A stretch of DNA of 64,000 nt from Halobacteriovoraceae bacterium (GTDB lineage: Bacteria > Bdellovibrionota > Bacteriovoracia > Bacteriovoracales > Bacteriovoracaceae). Shown one piece after another: positions 1 to 10,171 of this stretch (its first letter is position 1; the number at the start of each line of letters is the position of its first letter). The notes under the pieces are model-generated. The model searched no databases, was not told the DNA's origin, and saw nothing but the letters and a program-made list of their open reading frames with translations. A program made the translations under genes and the position numbers. Location: assembly GCA_963719505.1 (NCBI GenBank), contig CAVRCF010000005.1:1-64000 (forward strand). The letters run 5' to 3'.

Positions 1-226
1 CATTTTTACTCTTTCTGAAATAAAACCTTACAAAGTGTTAAAGGTGAAAAAGAGTTCATTCTAAACCTGCACTTAAAGCATAGTTATTTTTGAGCTTGTA
101 GCTAGAACCTAGAGAGATCTTTGCATAGTTTGAATCAAGTGTTATGTCCTGTTGCTTTTAATTTAGTAAACCGGTTGGATCAAAGGTTATAACAATATTT
201 GAGATACTTTCTATAGGTTACGAGGG

Positions 227-940
227 CTAGCTATCATTTTCAAAGCTCAGCCAGTGCTTAAAAGCGACCACTAGTCCGATTGCACTGAGAATGTGCCAAA
301 AAGCATGACCTTGCACAACATGATTGTCTGGTGTACAAACTGTCTTCGTTAAATCTAGTATCGAGAAAAGTTCACCAAATCCGATAATTAGAAATCCTGT
401 GATCAAATATTTGAGAGAATATTTTCTTTTCGCTTGCAGATAGAGCTTGATTTCTATCGATAATATTGAGAGTACGGCTAAAACAATTAAAGACTGGAAA
501 GGGACATGGTAAATGTACATAACATGCATCAAGAGTATGCTCACAATAATCAGGAGAAGGTAAAAAAAAACTGCAGATTTAAATTTAAAAAATTTAAGCC
601 TTATGAGGCTTAAGCATAATAGCCAAAAAACAAAAAGAAACATTCCAACAAAGTCCAGGACTTGCGAGATATAAAAATTTGACATGTGGTAGTAAAAAGA
701 ACCTGAACCCATAAGAATCATGGCGATTGACGCATATTTAAATTCGGTTTTTGACTCTTTTGTCCAATGATAGATAATAAATGCAGCGACGAAGTATGCT
801 ATATTCGAGAAGGTGTTTGCAGGTTCTGACACCACAGCACAAACACTCTGCTCACACCACTTTAAATTTGGTGCTCCGTATTTCTGCACAGCATCGTACC
901 AATAACATCCAATCTCATGCGGGTTTTTATAAAATTTCAT
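227..940 (-). CDS. Alkaline ceramidase-like (CREST superfamily) membrane hydrolase, copy 2
   Basis: WCE..EPANTFSN N-terminal motif, SFYYH, LDFVGM, GHAFWH; several hydrophobic helices. Confidence 0.8.
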   Translation of the reverse strand: MKFYKNPHEIGCYWYDAVQKYGAPNLKWCEQSVCAVVSEPANTFSNIAYFVAAFIIYHWTKESKTEFKYASIAMILMGSGSFYYHMSNFYISQVLDFVGMFLFVFWLLCLSLIRLKFFKFKSAVFFYLLLIIVSILLMHVMYIYHVPFQSLIVLAVLSILSIEIKLYLQAKRKYSLKYLITGFLIIGFGELFSILDLTKTVCTPDNHVVQGHAFWHILSAIGLVVAFKHWLSFENDS

Positions 941-946
941 TTTGTT

Positions 947-1681
947 TTATTTATCTTTTGAGTAATCGAATTGCTCGTAATGTTTATACGCAATCGTTAG
1001 TCCAATCGCCCCAAGGACGTGCCAAAGCGCATGGCCTTGGAAAAAGTGATTTTGAGGATCACAAAACCAAGAAACTCTATTGAGATCTAGTTGCGAAGAA
1101 ATTTGAGCTAATCCCACAAATCCTGCACCAATCACAAGTTTTTTGTAGGTGATCGCTTTATTCTCTCTATTGTTTTTATAGTAAAGGTATTCAGTGTAGA
1201 GGATGGCAACAGCTGCGACGGCCACGATAAACTGAAACTTTATATGGGTTAGGTACATAACATGCACCATTGCGGTACAGACCACTGACAGAGTCACCAT
1301 TACTTTTACTTGATTCGTTTTTTTAACGGCACCAATTCGTCTTAGATTGAGGACAAAGAGCCAGAAAACAAAAAGATACATTCCAATGAAATCGAACATC
1401 TGAGAGAGATAATTATTACTCATATGATAAATTAAAGAGAAAAGACCCATTAAAAACATAGCTGGCCCAAGCCAAATGAGTTCACCTTGACCCGTTTTCT
1501 TCGCACTTTTATAGATATAAAAAGCGACAAGCAAATAGAGGATATTTGACCAAGTATTAGCCGGCTCGGTTACTATCTGACAAAGAGTTTCTTCGCACCA
1601 CTTGATATTTGGAGAACCTAAAAGTTCGGCTGCAGGATACCAGGGGCAAGAGGCTCCATGGGGATTTACATATTCTGACAT
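947..1681 (-). CDS. Alkaline ceramidase-like (CREST superfamily) membrane hydrolase, copy 1
   Basis: WCEE..EPANTWSN, SLIYH, FDFIGM, GHALWH; colinear paralog of 227..940. Confidence 0.8.
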   Translation of the reverse strand: MSEYVNPHGASCPWYPAAELLGSPNIKWCEETLCQIVTEPANTWSNILYLLVAFYIYKSAKKTGQGELIWLGPAMFLMGLFSLIYHMSNNYLSQMFDFIGMYLFVFWLFVLNLRRIGAVKKTNQVKVMVTLSVVCTAMVHVMYLTHIKFQFIVAVAAVAILYTEYLYYKNNRENKAITYKKLVIGAGFVGLAQISSQLDLNRVSWFCDPQNHFFQGHALWHVLGAIGLTIAYKHYEQFDYSKDK

Positions 1682-1779
1682 AAAAAATTCCTTTTTTTTA
1701 AATAACTATAAGGTGTTTTTGCAAAATACTAAAGATATTTTAATTTTTCCTAATGCAACAAGTTAACACGATGGAAATA

Positions 1780-1808
1780 TTGCCATTTTTCACTAAATTT
1801 AAGATAAT
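1780..1808 (+). promoter_or_regulatory. Possible sigma-70 promoter of the accD operon
   Basis: TTGCCA-N17-GATAAT. Confidence 0.35.
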
Positions 1809-1833
1809 CTAGAAAATCAAATAGGAAGTGCAT

Positions 1834-2682
1834 ATGGGCTGGTTTAATACAGTAAGAAACCCAAAGTTTAAAAATACAAAGAAGCAACCCAATAATAACC
1901 CAACAGGTCTTTGGAAAAAGTGCGTGAGCTGTTCAGAGATTCTTCAAACAGAACGCCTTATTGAAAATCATAACGTTTGTCCTTTTTGTGATCACCACTA
2001 TAGATTGAGTGCTGAAGATAGATTGGCGACTCTCATCGACGCCGATTCTTTTAGAGAGTTTGGAAGTGATCTTGAGACGAAAAATCCTCTGCAGTTTATG
2101 GATAAGATTAGTTACAACGACAGACTTAATAAAGCCTATTCAAAAACGGGTAAAAAGGATGGAACAGTTTCTGGTTTTGCCAAGATTGATGGAACTAAAG
2201 TTGTTTTAGCTGTTATGGATTTTAGCTTTATGGGTGGTTCAATGGGAGTGGTTACAGGTGAGAAAATTGCCTTGGCCATGGATTTAGCTTTTGAAAATAA
2301 AGCTCCATGCATCGTGGTTTCTTGTTCTGGAGGGGCCAGAATGCAAGAAGGTCTTTTGAGTCTGATGCAAATGGGTAAAACCAGTGCGGCCAGAAAGAGA
2401 TTAAAAAATGCCGGCATCCCTTATATTTCTCTCATCACAGATCCCACAACCGGAGGTTGTGCAGCAAGTTTTTCCATTCAAGGTGATATTAATATCTCAG
2501 AGCCTCGTGCCCTTATCGGTTTTGCGGGTCCGCGAGTTATTGAGCAGTCTATTAGACAGACTCTGCCCGATGGATTTCAGCGAGCCGAGTTTCTTCTTGA
2601 ACATGGGTTTATCGACAGAATTATTCATAGAAAAGATCTAAAAAAAGAGATGTCATTTTTTGTTAAAATGTTTGGAAAGTAA
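1834..2682 (+). CDS. accD: Acetyl-CoA carboxylase carboxyltransferase beta subunit
   Basis: LWKKC..C/C..C zinc finger, FMGGSMG, SGGARMQEG, FAGPRVIEQ; ATG at 1834 (GTG at 1828 also possible). Confidence 0.97.
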   Translation: MGWFNTVRNPKFKNTKKQPNNNPTGLWKKCVSCSEILQTERLIENHNVCPFCDHHYRLSAEDRLATLIDADSFREFGSDLETKNPLQFMDKISYNDRLNKAYSKTGKKDGTVSGFAKIDGTKVVLAVMDFSFMGGSMGVVTGEKIALAMDLAFENKAPCIVVSCSGGARMQEGLLSLMQMGKTSAARKRLKNAGIPYISLITDPTTGGCAASFSIQGDINISEPRALIGFAGPRVIEQSIRQTLPDGFQRAEFLLEHGFIDRIIHRKDLKKEMSFFVKMFGK

Positions 2683-3821
2683 TGACAAAAGTCATTGAGT
2701 CTTGGCTTGAGACTAATATTGGTTTTGAGAATGCAAAGCTTGGTCTGGATAGAATTATTTTGGCCATTGAAGCATTTGAGTTAAAGACAACAGCTAAGAT
2801 TATCACTATTGGTGGAACCAACGGTAAAGGTTCAGTCTCGCGACTCATTGCTGGCTCTCTTGCAAAGAACCACTCCACAGCTCTTTTTACCTCTCCTCAT
2901 TTAGAATCAATTTGCGAGCGTTTTAAGTTTAATGATCAGTTTATTGATGAAACTGTTCTTTTTGATTTAATGAAAGAGAGTTTTAAAGATCTCAATCAAA
3001 AGAATCTTAAACTGTCATTTTTTGAATTTCTTTTTTTCGTTTTCTATCGCTATTCCATAAGGAAAAAATGCGACTATCTGGTGCTAGAGGTAGGTCTTGG
3101 GGGACGCTTCGATGCCACCAACAGTGTCGACGCAGACATAAGTGTGGTGACAAGTATTGGGCGAGACCATCAGGACTATCTTGGAAAGACTTATAAGAAA
3201 ATATTAGGAGAAAAAATGGGAATAGCAAGAACGGCTAAACCCTTAGTGACGGCATTTGAGCTGGATTACCTCAATGAGCTTGTCGCCCTTAAACAAAAAG
3301 ATCTTCAATTTTTTCATCTAGACGTGTTTGATAAAAACCTCGATTTTAAAGGCCAGAACACTAAAATTGCAAAAAAAGTCTGTGAACTATTAGGTGAAGA
3401 ATATTACGCTGTGCAACTAGAAGAAAAGGTTCAGCACAACGGGAGTTTCTTTCATTTTTACGGTTCTCATAATTTGCCAGCGGTGCGAAAATTAGTTCAA
3501 TATTTGAAACAGAACGACTATACTAATGCTTTCGACACAATTTTTCTCTCTTTCTCAAAACGAGATCCAAAAGAGATAAATCAGATGATTACGTTGTACC
3601 AGTCATTGGGTGCTGAAATAATTTTGGGCTGTGCAAGTCACTTTAAATCGATGGACCCACAGGACATGAAAAAACTTGCGAAAAAGAACGGATTTAAATT
3701 TGCAGATATGGATAAAATATTTAAGTCATCTTTCAAAACAAATGTTTTGGTCTCTGGTAGTAATTACTTTATCGGTGAGTTTCGTCGGGCCATGTTTCGC
3801 TCAAGCCAAAGCGGCAAGTGA
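2682..3821 (+). CDS. folC: Folylpolyglutamate synthase/dihydrofolate synthase
   Basis: GGTNGKGS, FTSPHL, LEVGLGGRFDATN, DHQDYLG; usual accD-folC order. Confidence 0.93.
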   Translation: MTKVIESWLETNIGFENAKLGLDRIILAIEAFELKTTAKIITIGGTNGKGSVSRLIAGSLAKNHSTALFTSPHLESICERFKFNDQFIDETVLFDLMKESFKDLNQKNLKLSFFEFLFFVFYRYSIRKKCDYLVLEVGLGGRFDATNSVDADISVVTSIGRDHQDYLGKTYKKILGEKMGIARTAKPLVTAFELDYLNELVALKQKDLQFFHLDVFDKNLDFKGQNTKIAKKVCELLGEEYYAVQLEEKVQHNGSFFHFYGSHNLPAVRKLVQYLKQNDYTNAFDTIFLSFSKRDPKEINQMITLYQSLGAEIILGCASHFKSMDPQDMKKLAKKNGFKFADMDKIFKSSFKTNVLVSGSNYFIGEFRRAMFRSSQSGK

Positions 3822-6156
3822 AAAACACCTTCAGCTAAAACTCTCAGACTCTGTCAGTATTTATTCAGAAAAAGCCTATCGTAAAAATCAAGGAACATCT
3901 TTCGAAGCCATCGGTAGTGTCGTCATTATCTCCGGTCAAGACACTCTGTACGGCGAAAGAGCGAGCTTTAACTTCAAAACAGGTGAAGTCAAAGTCGAAG
4001 GAAATGTTCGTTTTATCTCAGGGGATATTACTATTTACGGCTCTGATATTGTTTTTAATTCTCAATCTGGTGTTTTAGATATGAGTAACGCTCGAGTGAT
4101 CACCACCGAGTTTAATCTTGTGGCCAATAAAATTTCGAGAACTTCAGATACATCCTATTATGCAAAAAAAGCTGAGTTCACTACATGTAAAGATTGTACT
4201 GAGTCTTGGCTTATTTTTGGAGATGAAATCTTTATTGAGATTGACCAGTATATTCAGATTAAACACGCCCTAACGAAGATTAAAGGGGTCTCTGTTTTAT
4301 ATTTCCCCTATATTGCGATACCGATTAAAAGTAAAAGAGAGTCAGGTCTACTATTTCCCACCATTACTTCCCGACTGGATGAGGGGATTAGCTACGGTCA
4401 ACCTGTTTTCTGGGCCATGGACCAAGACAAGGATATGACCTTTACGCCAACGATTATGGCCACTCGAGGTAATGGATTAGACTATGAGTATCGCCAAGCT
4501 TTTACCGAACAAAGTTATTTCAATCTCACAAATAAACTTATCAACGATGAAATTTATCAGCCGGGAAAAACAAATACGGATCAATCTGGTGAGCAATACT
4601 TTAGGCACTTCTCGGATCTCGAGACTCATGTTCAGTGGAGTAATGACACCCTTACACATCTAAACTATGTGGGCATGAAGGATCTAGACATGGCCCGAGA
4701 TTTCAATAACTATGCTGATAACCATATTGGAGAAAGTGATATTGGTTTTAGCTTTTTTACAGAATCTAGAACTGAACATACAAATTTTGGAATAGAGAGC
4801 TTTTACAGAAGAAATCAACTTGTGGTTGATCCAGAATCGTTTGATAAGTCTTACGTTCAAACACTGCCAAGTCTTTATCTCTCCGCGTCTCCTAGGTCTG
4901 TCATTCAATCAGATACACTTTTTATGAAAAATATCTCTTTTGGTTTTGATTCAGACTTTACCGTCTTTAAGCAGCAAAATGAGCAAGAGGATATCAATTT
5001 AAGAAATGCGACGAGAGTGAATGCAAAACCCTATATGGATTGGCATCTTTTTAATCTTGGACCTATGACGGCTAAAACAACTTACGTTTACGACTTTCAG
5101 TACTATAAATTTCAAGATGAAGATCAAGAAGACTTTAGAAAAAATGCAGGAATTATAACAACTGAATTTAGTTTTAGTCTGGATAAGGTCTTTGGATTAG
5201 CATTTAAACAAAAGGTTCCAGTCTCCAAGTTAAAGAAAAGCGTTATAAAAGAAAAGGTCGTCGCGGAGGATAATCAAGATCATCTGGTAGGGTCTCTTCC
5301 TACTTTTGAAAAATCATTGACTGAGGAGTCTATTCTCTTTGTCAAAAATAGCTATAGGCACTCTCAAGAATTTAAGTTTCGCCACCACCTGATCGCTCAT
5401 AGCGACGAGATTGGTAACGAGCGCTTCAGATCTCAAATTGATCAAGCAGGTGGATGGTTTGACTACCAAGATGCCTTAAGGGAAGAGGAATTTTCAAAAG
5501 GATCTAATTCGACAAGACAGGATATTCCTCTTAAAAATACCTTAGAGCTTCAGTGGAATAATAGTCTTATTCGTAAAACACCTAAGACATTTTCTCCTTA
5601 CGTGGATAAAAAGTACTTAAGAGATAATTTTGACTACACCAAAATTGGATACTTTAATCTGTCTCAAGGTTTCACTCTCGATAATGAAGATGAATCAGGT
5701 GTGGATAGACTCACACGTCTTTATACAGCTGCTGGTTATACAACTGGACGTTGGAATTTTTCTTTTTCAGATTATTATTTTCATAAAACGAGTGATCATA
5801 TTTTTAATGCTAATGCACAGAGAAGATTTGATGTCTTTAATCTTTTAGCGAACTATAATTTAAATTCAATCGGGGAGGAGAGTCTTAAGACCTTGCGCTT
5901 TGGAGCTCAAGTAAGACTTATTGATGCTGTTGGATTCTCATTTTTAAAAGAAGATGATCTTGATGCCAGAGAAAATATTAGATCTATTTACCAAATCGAT
6001 CTCATGCCTGATAATAATTGTTGGATTTTAAATTTCGCCTATAGGGAAACTGTTGTTGATAGTCGATACTCTGTTAATTGGGTTTTTAATTTTGGAAACG
6101 ATGAATTTAAAACTTATAAAACAAACTTTTTTGACTTCAACCGTTTAAATTTATGA
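3742..6156 (+). CDS. lptD: LPS-assembly protein LptD
   Basis: OstA-like N-terminus, FTTC..C, RESGLLFP, NCW near the C-terminus; probable start ATG 3742 gives a signal peptide. Confidence 0.85.
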   Translation: MFWSLVVITLSVSFVGPCFAQAKAASEKHLQLKLSDSVSIYSEKAYRKNQGTSFEAIGSVVIISGQDTLYGERASFNFKTGEVKVEGNVRFISGDITIYGSDIVFNSQSGVLDMSNARVITTEFNLVANKISRTSDTSYYAKKAEFTTCKDCTESWLIFGDEIFIEIDQYIQIKHALTKIKGVSVLYFPYIAIPIKSKRESGLLFPTITSRLDEGISYGQPVFWAMDQDKDMTFTPTIMATRGNGLDYEYRQAFTEQSYFNLTNKLINDEIYQPGKTNTDQSGEQYFRHFSDLETHVQWSNDTLTHLNYVGMKDLDMARDFNNYADNHIGESDIGFSFFTESRTEHTNFGIESFYRRNQLVVDPESFDKSYVQTLPSLYLSASPRSVIQSDTLFMKNISFGFDSDFTVFKQQNEQEDINLRNATRVNAKPYMDWHLFNLGPMTAKTTYVYDFQYYKFQDEDQEDFRKNAGIITTEFSFSLDKVFGLAFKQKVPVSKLKKSVIKEKVVAEDNQDHLVGSLPTFEKSLTEESILFVKNSYRHSQEFKFRHHLIAHSDEIGNERFRSQIDQAGGWFDYQDALREEEFSKGSNSTRQDIPLKNTLELQWNNSLIRKTPKTFSPYVDKKYLRDNFDYTKIGYFNLSQGFTLDNEDESGVDRLTRLYTAAGYTTGRWNFSFSDYYFHKTSDHIFNANAQRRFDVFNLLANYNLNSIGEESLKTLRFGAQVRLIDAVGFSFLKEDDLDARENIRSIYQIDLMPDNNCWILNFAYRETVVDSRYSVNWVFNFGNDEFKTYKTNFFDFNRLNL

Positions 6157-6731
6157 TAGCGATTTGTGATTTTGATGACAGCTTTACCTATAACTTACTC
6201 TCTGACTTGAGTTCGCTTTCAAATATTGTGATTATTCCCAAAAAAGACATTGTAAACTTTTTAACAAGCCTTGTTGATACCACCCAAAGAGTTGTTGTGG
6301 TTTTAGGACCTGGACCTGGGAATCCGGATGAATATAGTGAATTTTTAGCACCGATAAAAAGTATCCTTTTAAAGAAAAATATTTTTCTGTTCGGTGTTTG
6401 TCTAGGGCATCAACTTATTTGGAAGACCATGGGACTTGATTGGTCTAGGTCTAAAAATCCAGTGCATGGGCAATCGTTTAGTGCAAAATTTAAATTCTTT
6501 AATAAGCCCATCAGGTTTCAAAGATATAACTCTCTCAGCGTTACAGGAAGGGAAGATCAAATGGATGCCTTTCTAAAAGACGGTTGGATTATGGAGTTTA
6601 TAGATAATGAATTCATGTTAGGCTCAAAAGGAAATATTTTAACGTACCAATTTCATCCAGAGTCAGTAGGTTCCAGCCGCAAAGATTTGCTCTATAGTCC
6701 AATAAAAAGATTTTTGTTACAATCTCTTTAA
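6153..6731 (+). CDS. Class I glutamine amidotransferase (PabA/TrpG, component II)
   Basis: DSFTYNL, GPGPGNP, GVCLGHQ, QFHPES. Confidence 0.88.
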   Translation: MIAICDFDDSFTYNLLSDLSSLSNIVIIPKKDIVNFLTSLVDTTQRVVVVLGPGPGNPDEYSEFLAPIKSILLKKNIFLFGVCLGHQLIWKTMGLDWSRSKNPVHGQSFSAKFKFFNKPIRFQRYNSLSVTGREDQMDAFLKDGWIMEFIDNEFMLGSKGNILTYQFHPESVGSSRKDLLYSPIKRFLLQSL

Positions 6732-6743
6732 AAAAGGTTGGAG

Positions 6744-7511
6744 ATGAAAGTTCTTATTAGTAACGATGATGGTATTGGCGCCAGCGGAATTCAGTTTTTA
6801 AAAGAAGAGTTAGAAAAAACTCATCATGTGACAACGATAGCTCCAAATACAGAGCGCTCAAGTTGTGGACATGGAATCACATTAGGTGAGCCTTTAAGAG
6901 TTAAGCAGATTTCCCCAAATACTTATTCATGCACAGGCTATCCCGCAGATTGTATTTTAATAGGCCTTGGTCATATTCTCAAAGACGATAGACCAGATAT
7001 TGTCGTCTCAGGCATAAATCATGGGGCCAATCTCGGACAAGATCGCTTTTATTCAGGGACAATTGCTGCCGCTCGAGAGGCAACTTTTAGAAATATTCCG
7101 GCCATTGCAGTCTCATTAGTGACAATAAATCCCAAAGATATCAAACACTTTGATGTTGCTTCCGAATTTATTGCTCGGTTACTGGCCTTAAATATCCATG
7201 ATATAATTCCTAGCATGGCGTTAATTAATGTAAATGTACCCAACTTGCCATGGTCAAAAATTTCCGGAGTTAAGTACACAACTCCAGGTATACAAAAATA
7301 TACCGAAGAAGTTATTGAAAGAGTTGATGGGCGCGGTGGACAGTATTACTGGGTCGGCGGCACATACGAAGGGTACGAAGATATAGATGGAAGCGACTGC
7401 GTAGAAGTAGGAAACGGATATATTACAGTAGATCTTCAAGACCTTTCAGGTAAAGAGATTGATGATAAAAAAACAATAGAGGTATTTAAAGAACGATTAA
7501 ATAAACTATAA
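6744..7511 (+). CDS. surE: 5'/3'-nucleotidase SurE
   Basis: ISNDDG, VSGINHGANLG, YSGTIAAAREA. Confidence 0.96.
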   Translation: MKVLISNDDGIGASGIQFLKEELEKTHHVTTIAPNTERSSCGHGITLGEPLRVKQISPNTYSCTGYPADCILIGLGHILKDDRPDIVVSGINHGANLGQDRFYSGTIAAAREATFRNIPAIAVSLVTINPKDIKHFDVASEFIARLLALNIHDIIPSMALINVNVPNLPWSKISGVKYTTPGIQKYTEEVIERVDGRGGQYYWVGGTYEGYEDIDGSDCVEVGNGYITVDLQDLSGKEIDDKKTIEVFKERLNKL

Positions 7512-8093
7512 ATGAAAAAAAGCAACATAATATTCATATTCATCAGTATGATCGTTTTCTCGTCTTGTGCGGTAAAAAGCGGTTACTACGCAAAGAAAAA
7601 TGGTAAGTGGACTTTCGTCGCTAAAAATACTGGTTTTTCTAACTACTTCGAAAGTGTTCGTATAGACGATTCAAAATTTGACTATAGAGACTCGGGAAGA
7701 TTTCACTGGCCAGTTCCAGGTTCAAAAAGAATCTCTTCATTTTTTGGAAGACGAAATGGAAGGCACCATGATGGAATTGATATCGCTGCAAAAAGTGGAA
7801 CATCAATAACAGCTTCTGCTGAAGGTAAAGTTAAATTTGTGGGATCTATGAGAGGGTATGGAAAAGTAATTGTCTTAACTCACTCCGGTGGCTTTCACAC
7901 AGTCTATGCTCATAACTCAAGTAACCTCGTCAAAAAGGGGCAATCTATTTCTCAAGGCGAAGTGATTGGAAAAATTGGTTCAACCGGACGATCGAGTGGA
8001 CCCCACCTTCATTTCGAAATAAGAAAAAATAATAAAGTCGCTAATCCAGGAAAGTATATTGAATGGGTAAGTCGAGTCGCAAAAAGTCGCTAA
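7512..8093 (+). CDS. M23 peptidase-family lipoprotein (NlpD-like, no LysM seen)
   Basis: FSS-C lipobox, HDGID, YAH, GPHLHFEIR; follows surE. Confidence 0.9.
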   Translation: MKKSNIIFIFISMIVFSSCAVKSGYYAKKNGKWTFVAKNTGFSNYFESVRIDDSKFDYRDSGRFHWPVPGSKRISSFFGRRNGRHHDGIDIAAKSGTSITASAEGKVKFVGSMRGYGKVIVLTHSGGFHTVYAHNSSNLVKKGQSISQGEVIGKIGSTGRSSGPHLHFEIRKNNKVANPGKYIEWVSRVAKSR

Positions 8094-8113
8094 CAAATTG
8101 AATCAATTCTATT

Positions 8114-8863
8114 TTACAAAGTGAGTTCTATCAGGAGTGCTGTTCCTATTTCTGGATTAGTTGTGCTCATAGAAGCTTCTTCAGTTCCAGAAGCTGAAAC
8201 ATGCTTCGTTGCAAGTGATCCATACCAGTGAGCAGTATTGGTAATCTCTACGTGTTTGGTAAAGCCATTATTCCAAGTGTAATCAGGAGATGGTGTTCCT
8301 TCTCCTGAAGCTGCAAATCCTACAAGGAGGGAATTTGCACTCGCATTGATACTGCCAGAGAGAATGGGAGTGGATTGGCCTGTGCTGGAAGATATTGTCT
8401 CTCCAAGTTTTAGGGGGGAGGAAGATGATATTTCAATGACAAAAATTGATGAATAACCATTTGTCGTTGTCACCGTAAAGTTATGATTTGCCCCACCATT
8501 ACAGTCAAAGCAGCTAAAAGCGAAATACTCATCACTATAGGTTCCCGTTCCTTCATTCGTTACATCTGAGCTTATAACCTGAAGAAAAGAATTCCCCATA
8601 TTATCTGAGACTATTGTTGAATCTGGATTATCTTGTCTTGAAACGAAAACTAAAAAGTTTGAACGAGTTTCGGTATCGATATCATTTGAAGTTGTAACAT
8701 GGGCGCCTGTGTACCCTAGACTAGTAAACTGCAGGACAGATATCGTTCCTGGGGTCGGTTCATCTTCGTTTAACTCGTTTAGACACCCTTTGCTCGTAGA
8801 TGTACAATCATCAAGAACGATCTTTTGTGTCTCACAACTCATCATAATAAATATAAGGGCCAT
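8114..8863 (-). CDS. Hypothetical Ser/Thr-rich lipoprotein
   Basis: MMS-C lipobox; the true start may be the in-frame CTG at 8878. Confidence 0.65.
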   Translation of the reverse strand: MALIFIMMSCETQKIVLDDCTSTSKGCLNELNEDEPTPGTISVLQFTSLGYTGAHVTTSNDIDTETRSNFLVFVSRQDNPDSTIVSDNMGNSFLQVISSDVTNEGTGTYSDEYFAFSCFDCNGGANHNFTVTTTNGYSSIFVIEISSSSPLKLGETISSSTGQSTPILSGSINASANSLLVGFAASGEGTPSPDYTWNNGFTKHVEITNTAHWYGSLATKHVSASGTEEASMSTTNPEIGTALLIELTL

Positions 8864-9048
8864 TACAAAAAACTTCAGGCCATCTCTCCAATATTAAAAC
8901 CAATACCAGTCTCTTTTCGTCACTTTCTACAATTATATTATATAAAAATCCTCCGAAGGCTAAGACCTTGTAATTGCTAGGGGACATGTGAATGATAAGG
9001 AGAAGTAAAACCGATTTAGCAAATAATTGAAGGCAATCTAGTAGGTGT

Positions 9049-10110
9049 CTATTTATTAAAGATATAGTTATAAAGCCAAATTCCACTATTAAAAATCTTG
9101 CTGCGACTTTCATAGCCTTCAATTTGGATATCCAAAGGTGTGAGTAGGGAGAGTTTTATGGCCCCCATATTTTCAAAGGAGCTTTTTACCAACTCTTTAT
9201 AAAAAATATTTCTCTCTTTTGAGAGTTTAACTTTTTTTCCATAGGGAGGATTACAAATGATAAAGTTTTTTAAATCAGACTTAAATTTGAATGCATCACC
9301 CTCAATAATTCCGATATCAGATCCATGAGCACAGACATCTGGATCAATATCGAGCCCATTATAGTTTTTGATTTGAAAGCCCGTTGTGTTGTCATCAAGT
9401 TTTGGTAGCGGATGGTAATCAACAAAAGCGTAATCTCTTTGTATATTCACTTTATGAAAGTTCTTGGCTTCTTTTAGAAAAGTTCCAGATCCGGCCATGG
9501 GATCGAGAAGGTTAAGATCAATATTTCGTGGCAAAAAATTGTAAAGGAGGCAGCTGGCGATGGTGGCCCTAATAGAAGCTTTTCCTCTATAAGGATCATT
9601 GCCTCTAATATAAAGACCCTCTCCACTTGTATCAATACTGAGTTCAAGATCATCATTTTCAACGCGGATATAAATTTTTTGAGTATGGTATTTATCTCCT
9701 TCATTCAGGATCTTCTGAGGGAGCTTATTTGGCTCAAAATACTTTTTTAAAGCATCTTTGCAGGTTTCTTCCATTTTTGTTGTATTGATAAGTCTTGATT
9801 TAGATGTCGTAATTTTCCAGTCAACTGTTTCTTTTTTTAAGAACCGTTTCCAGTTCATTTTTTGAATAATTTTAAAAAGTTTTGGAAAGTCTCTACATTT
9901 TTGTGATTTAAGTCGCAAAAGAACACGGTTTGCACACCTTAGATAAAGGTTTAGGGCCAGTCCTTGTTCTATCTCACACTCAAGTGAAATTCCCCCCACT
10001 GAAAGCTCTAAAGTGGGCCGAAAGCCGTTGTAAAACTCGAATTTCTCTAGAATCTCTTGTTTTAGGGTATTTTCCATATTTAGAGGGCAAGAGACGTAAA
10101 ATTTTTCCAT
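9049..10110 (-). CDS. THUMP-domain RNA methyltransferase (RlmL-like)
   Basis: NLYLRCANRVL, SIDTSGEGL, LDPMAGSGTF, NPPYG. Confidence 0.88.
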   Translation of the reverse strand: MEKFYVSCPLNMENTLKQEILEKFEFYNGFRPTLELSVGGISLECEIEQGLALNLYLRCANRVLLRLKSQKCRDFPKLFKIIQKMNWKRFLKKETVDWKITTSKSRLINTTKMEETCKDALKKYFEPNKLPQKILNEGDKYHTQKIYIRVENDDLELSIDTSGEGLYIRGNDPYRGKASIRATIASCLLYNFLPRNIDLNLLDPMAGSGTFLKEAKNFHKVNIQRDYAFVDYHPLPKLDDNTTGFQIKNYNGLDIDPDVCAHGSDIGIIEGDAFKFKSDLKNFIICNPPYGKKVKLSKERNIFYKELVKSSFENMGAIKLSLLTPLDIQIEGYESRSKIFNSGIWLYNYIFNK

Positions 10111-10171
10111 GATTGCTTGTATGTCAAAGCGCTTTAGTTGTCATATGAATCTTTATTTTTTATAAGAGGCT

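Noticed and set aside
1..226. Short open frames at the window start (plus strand 2-63; minus-strand fragment KISLGSSYKLKNNYALSAGLE; CAT at 1-3)
   Set aside because: Too short and cut by the window edge to assign
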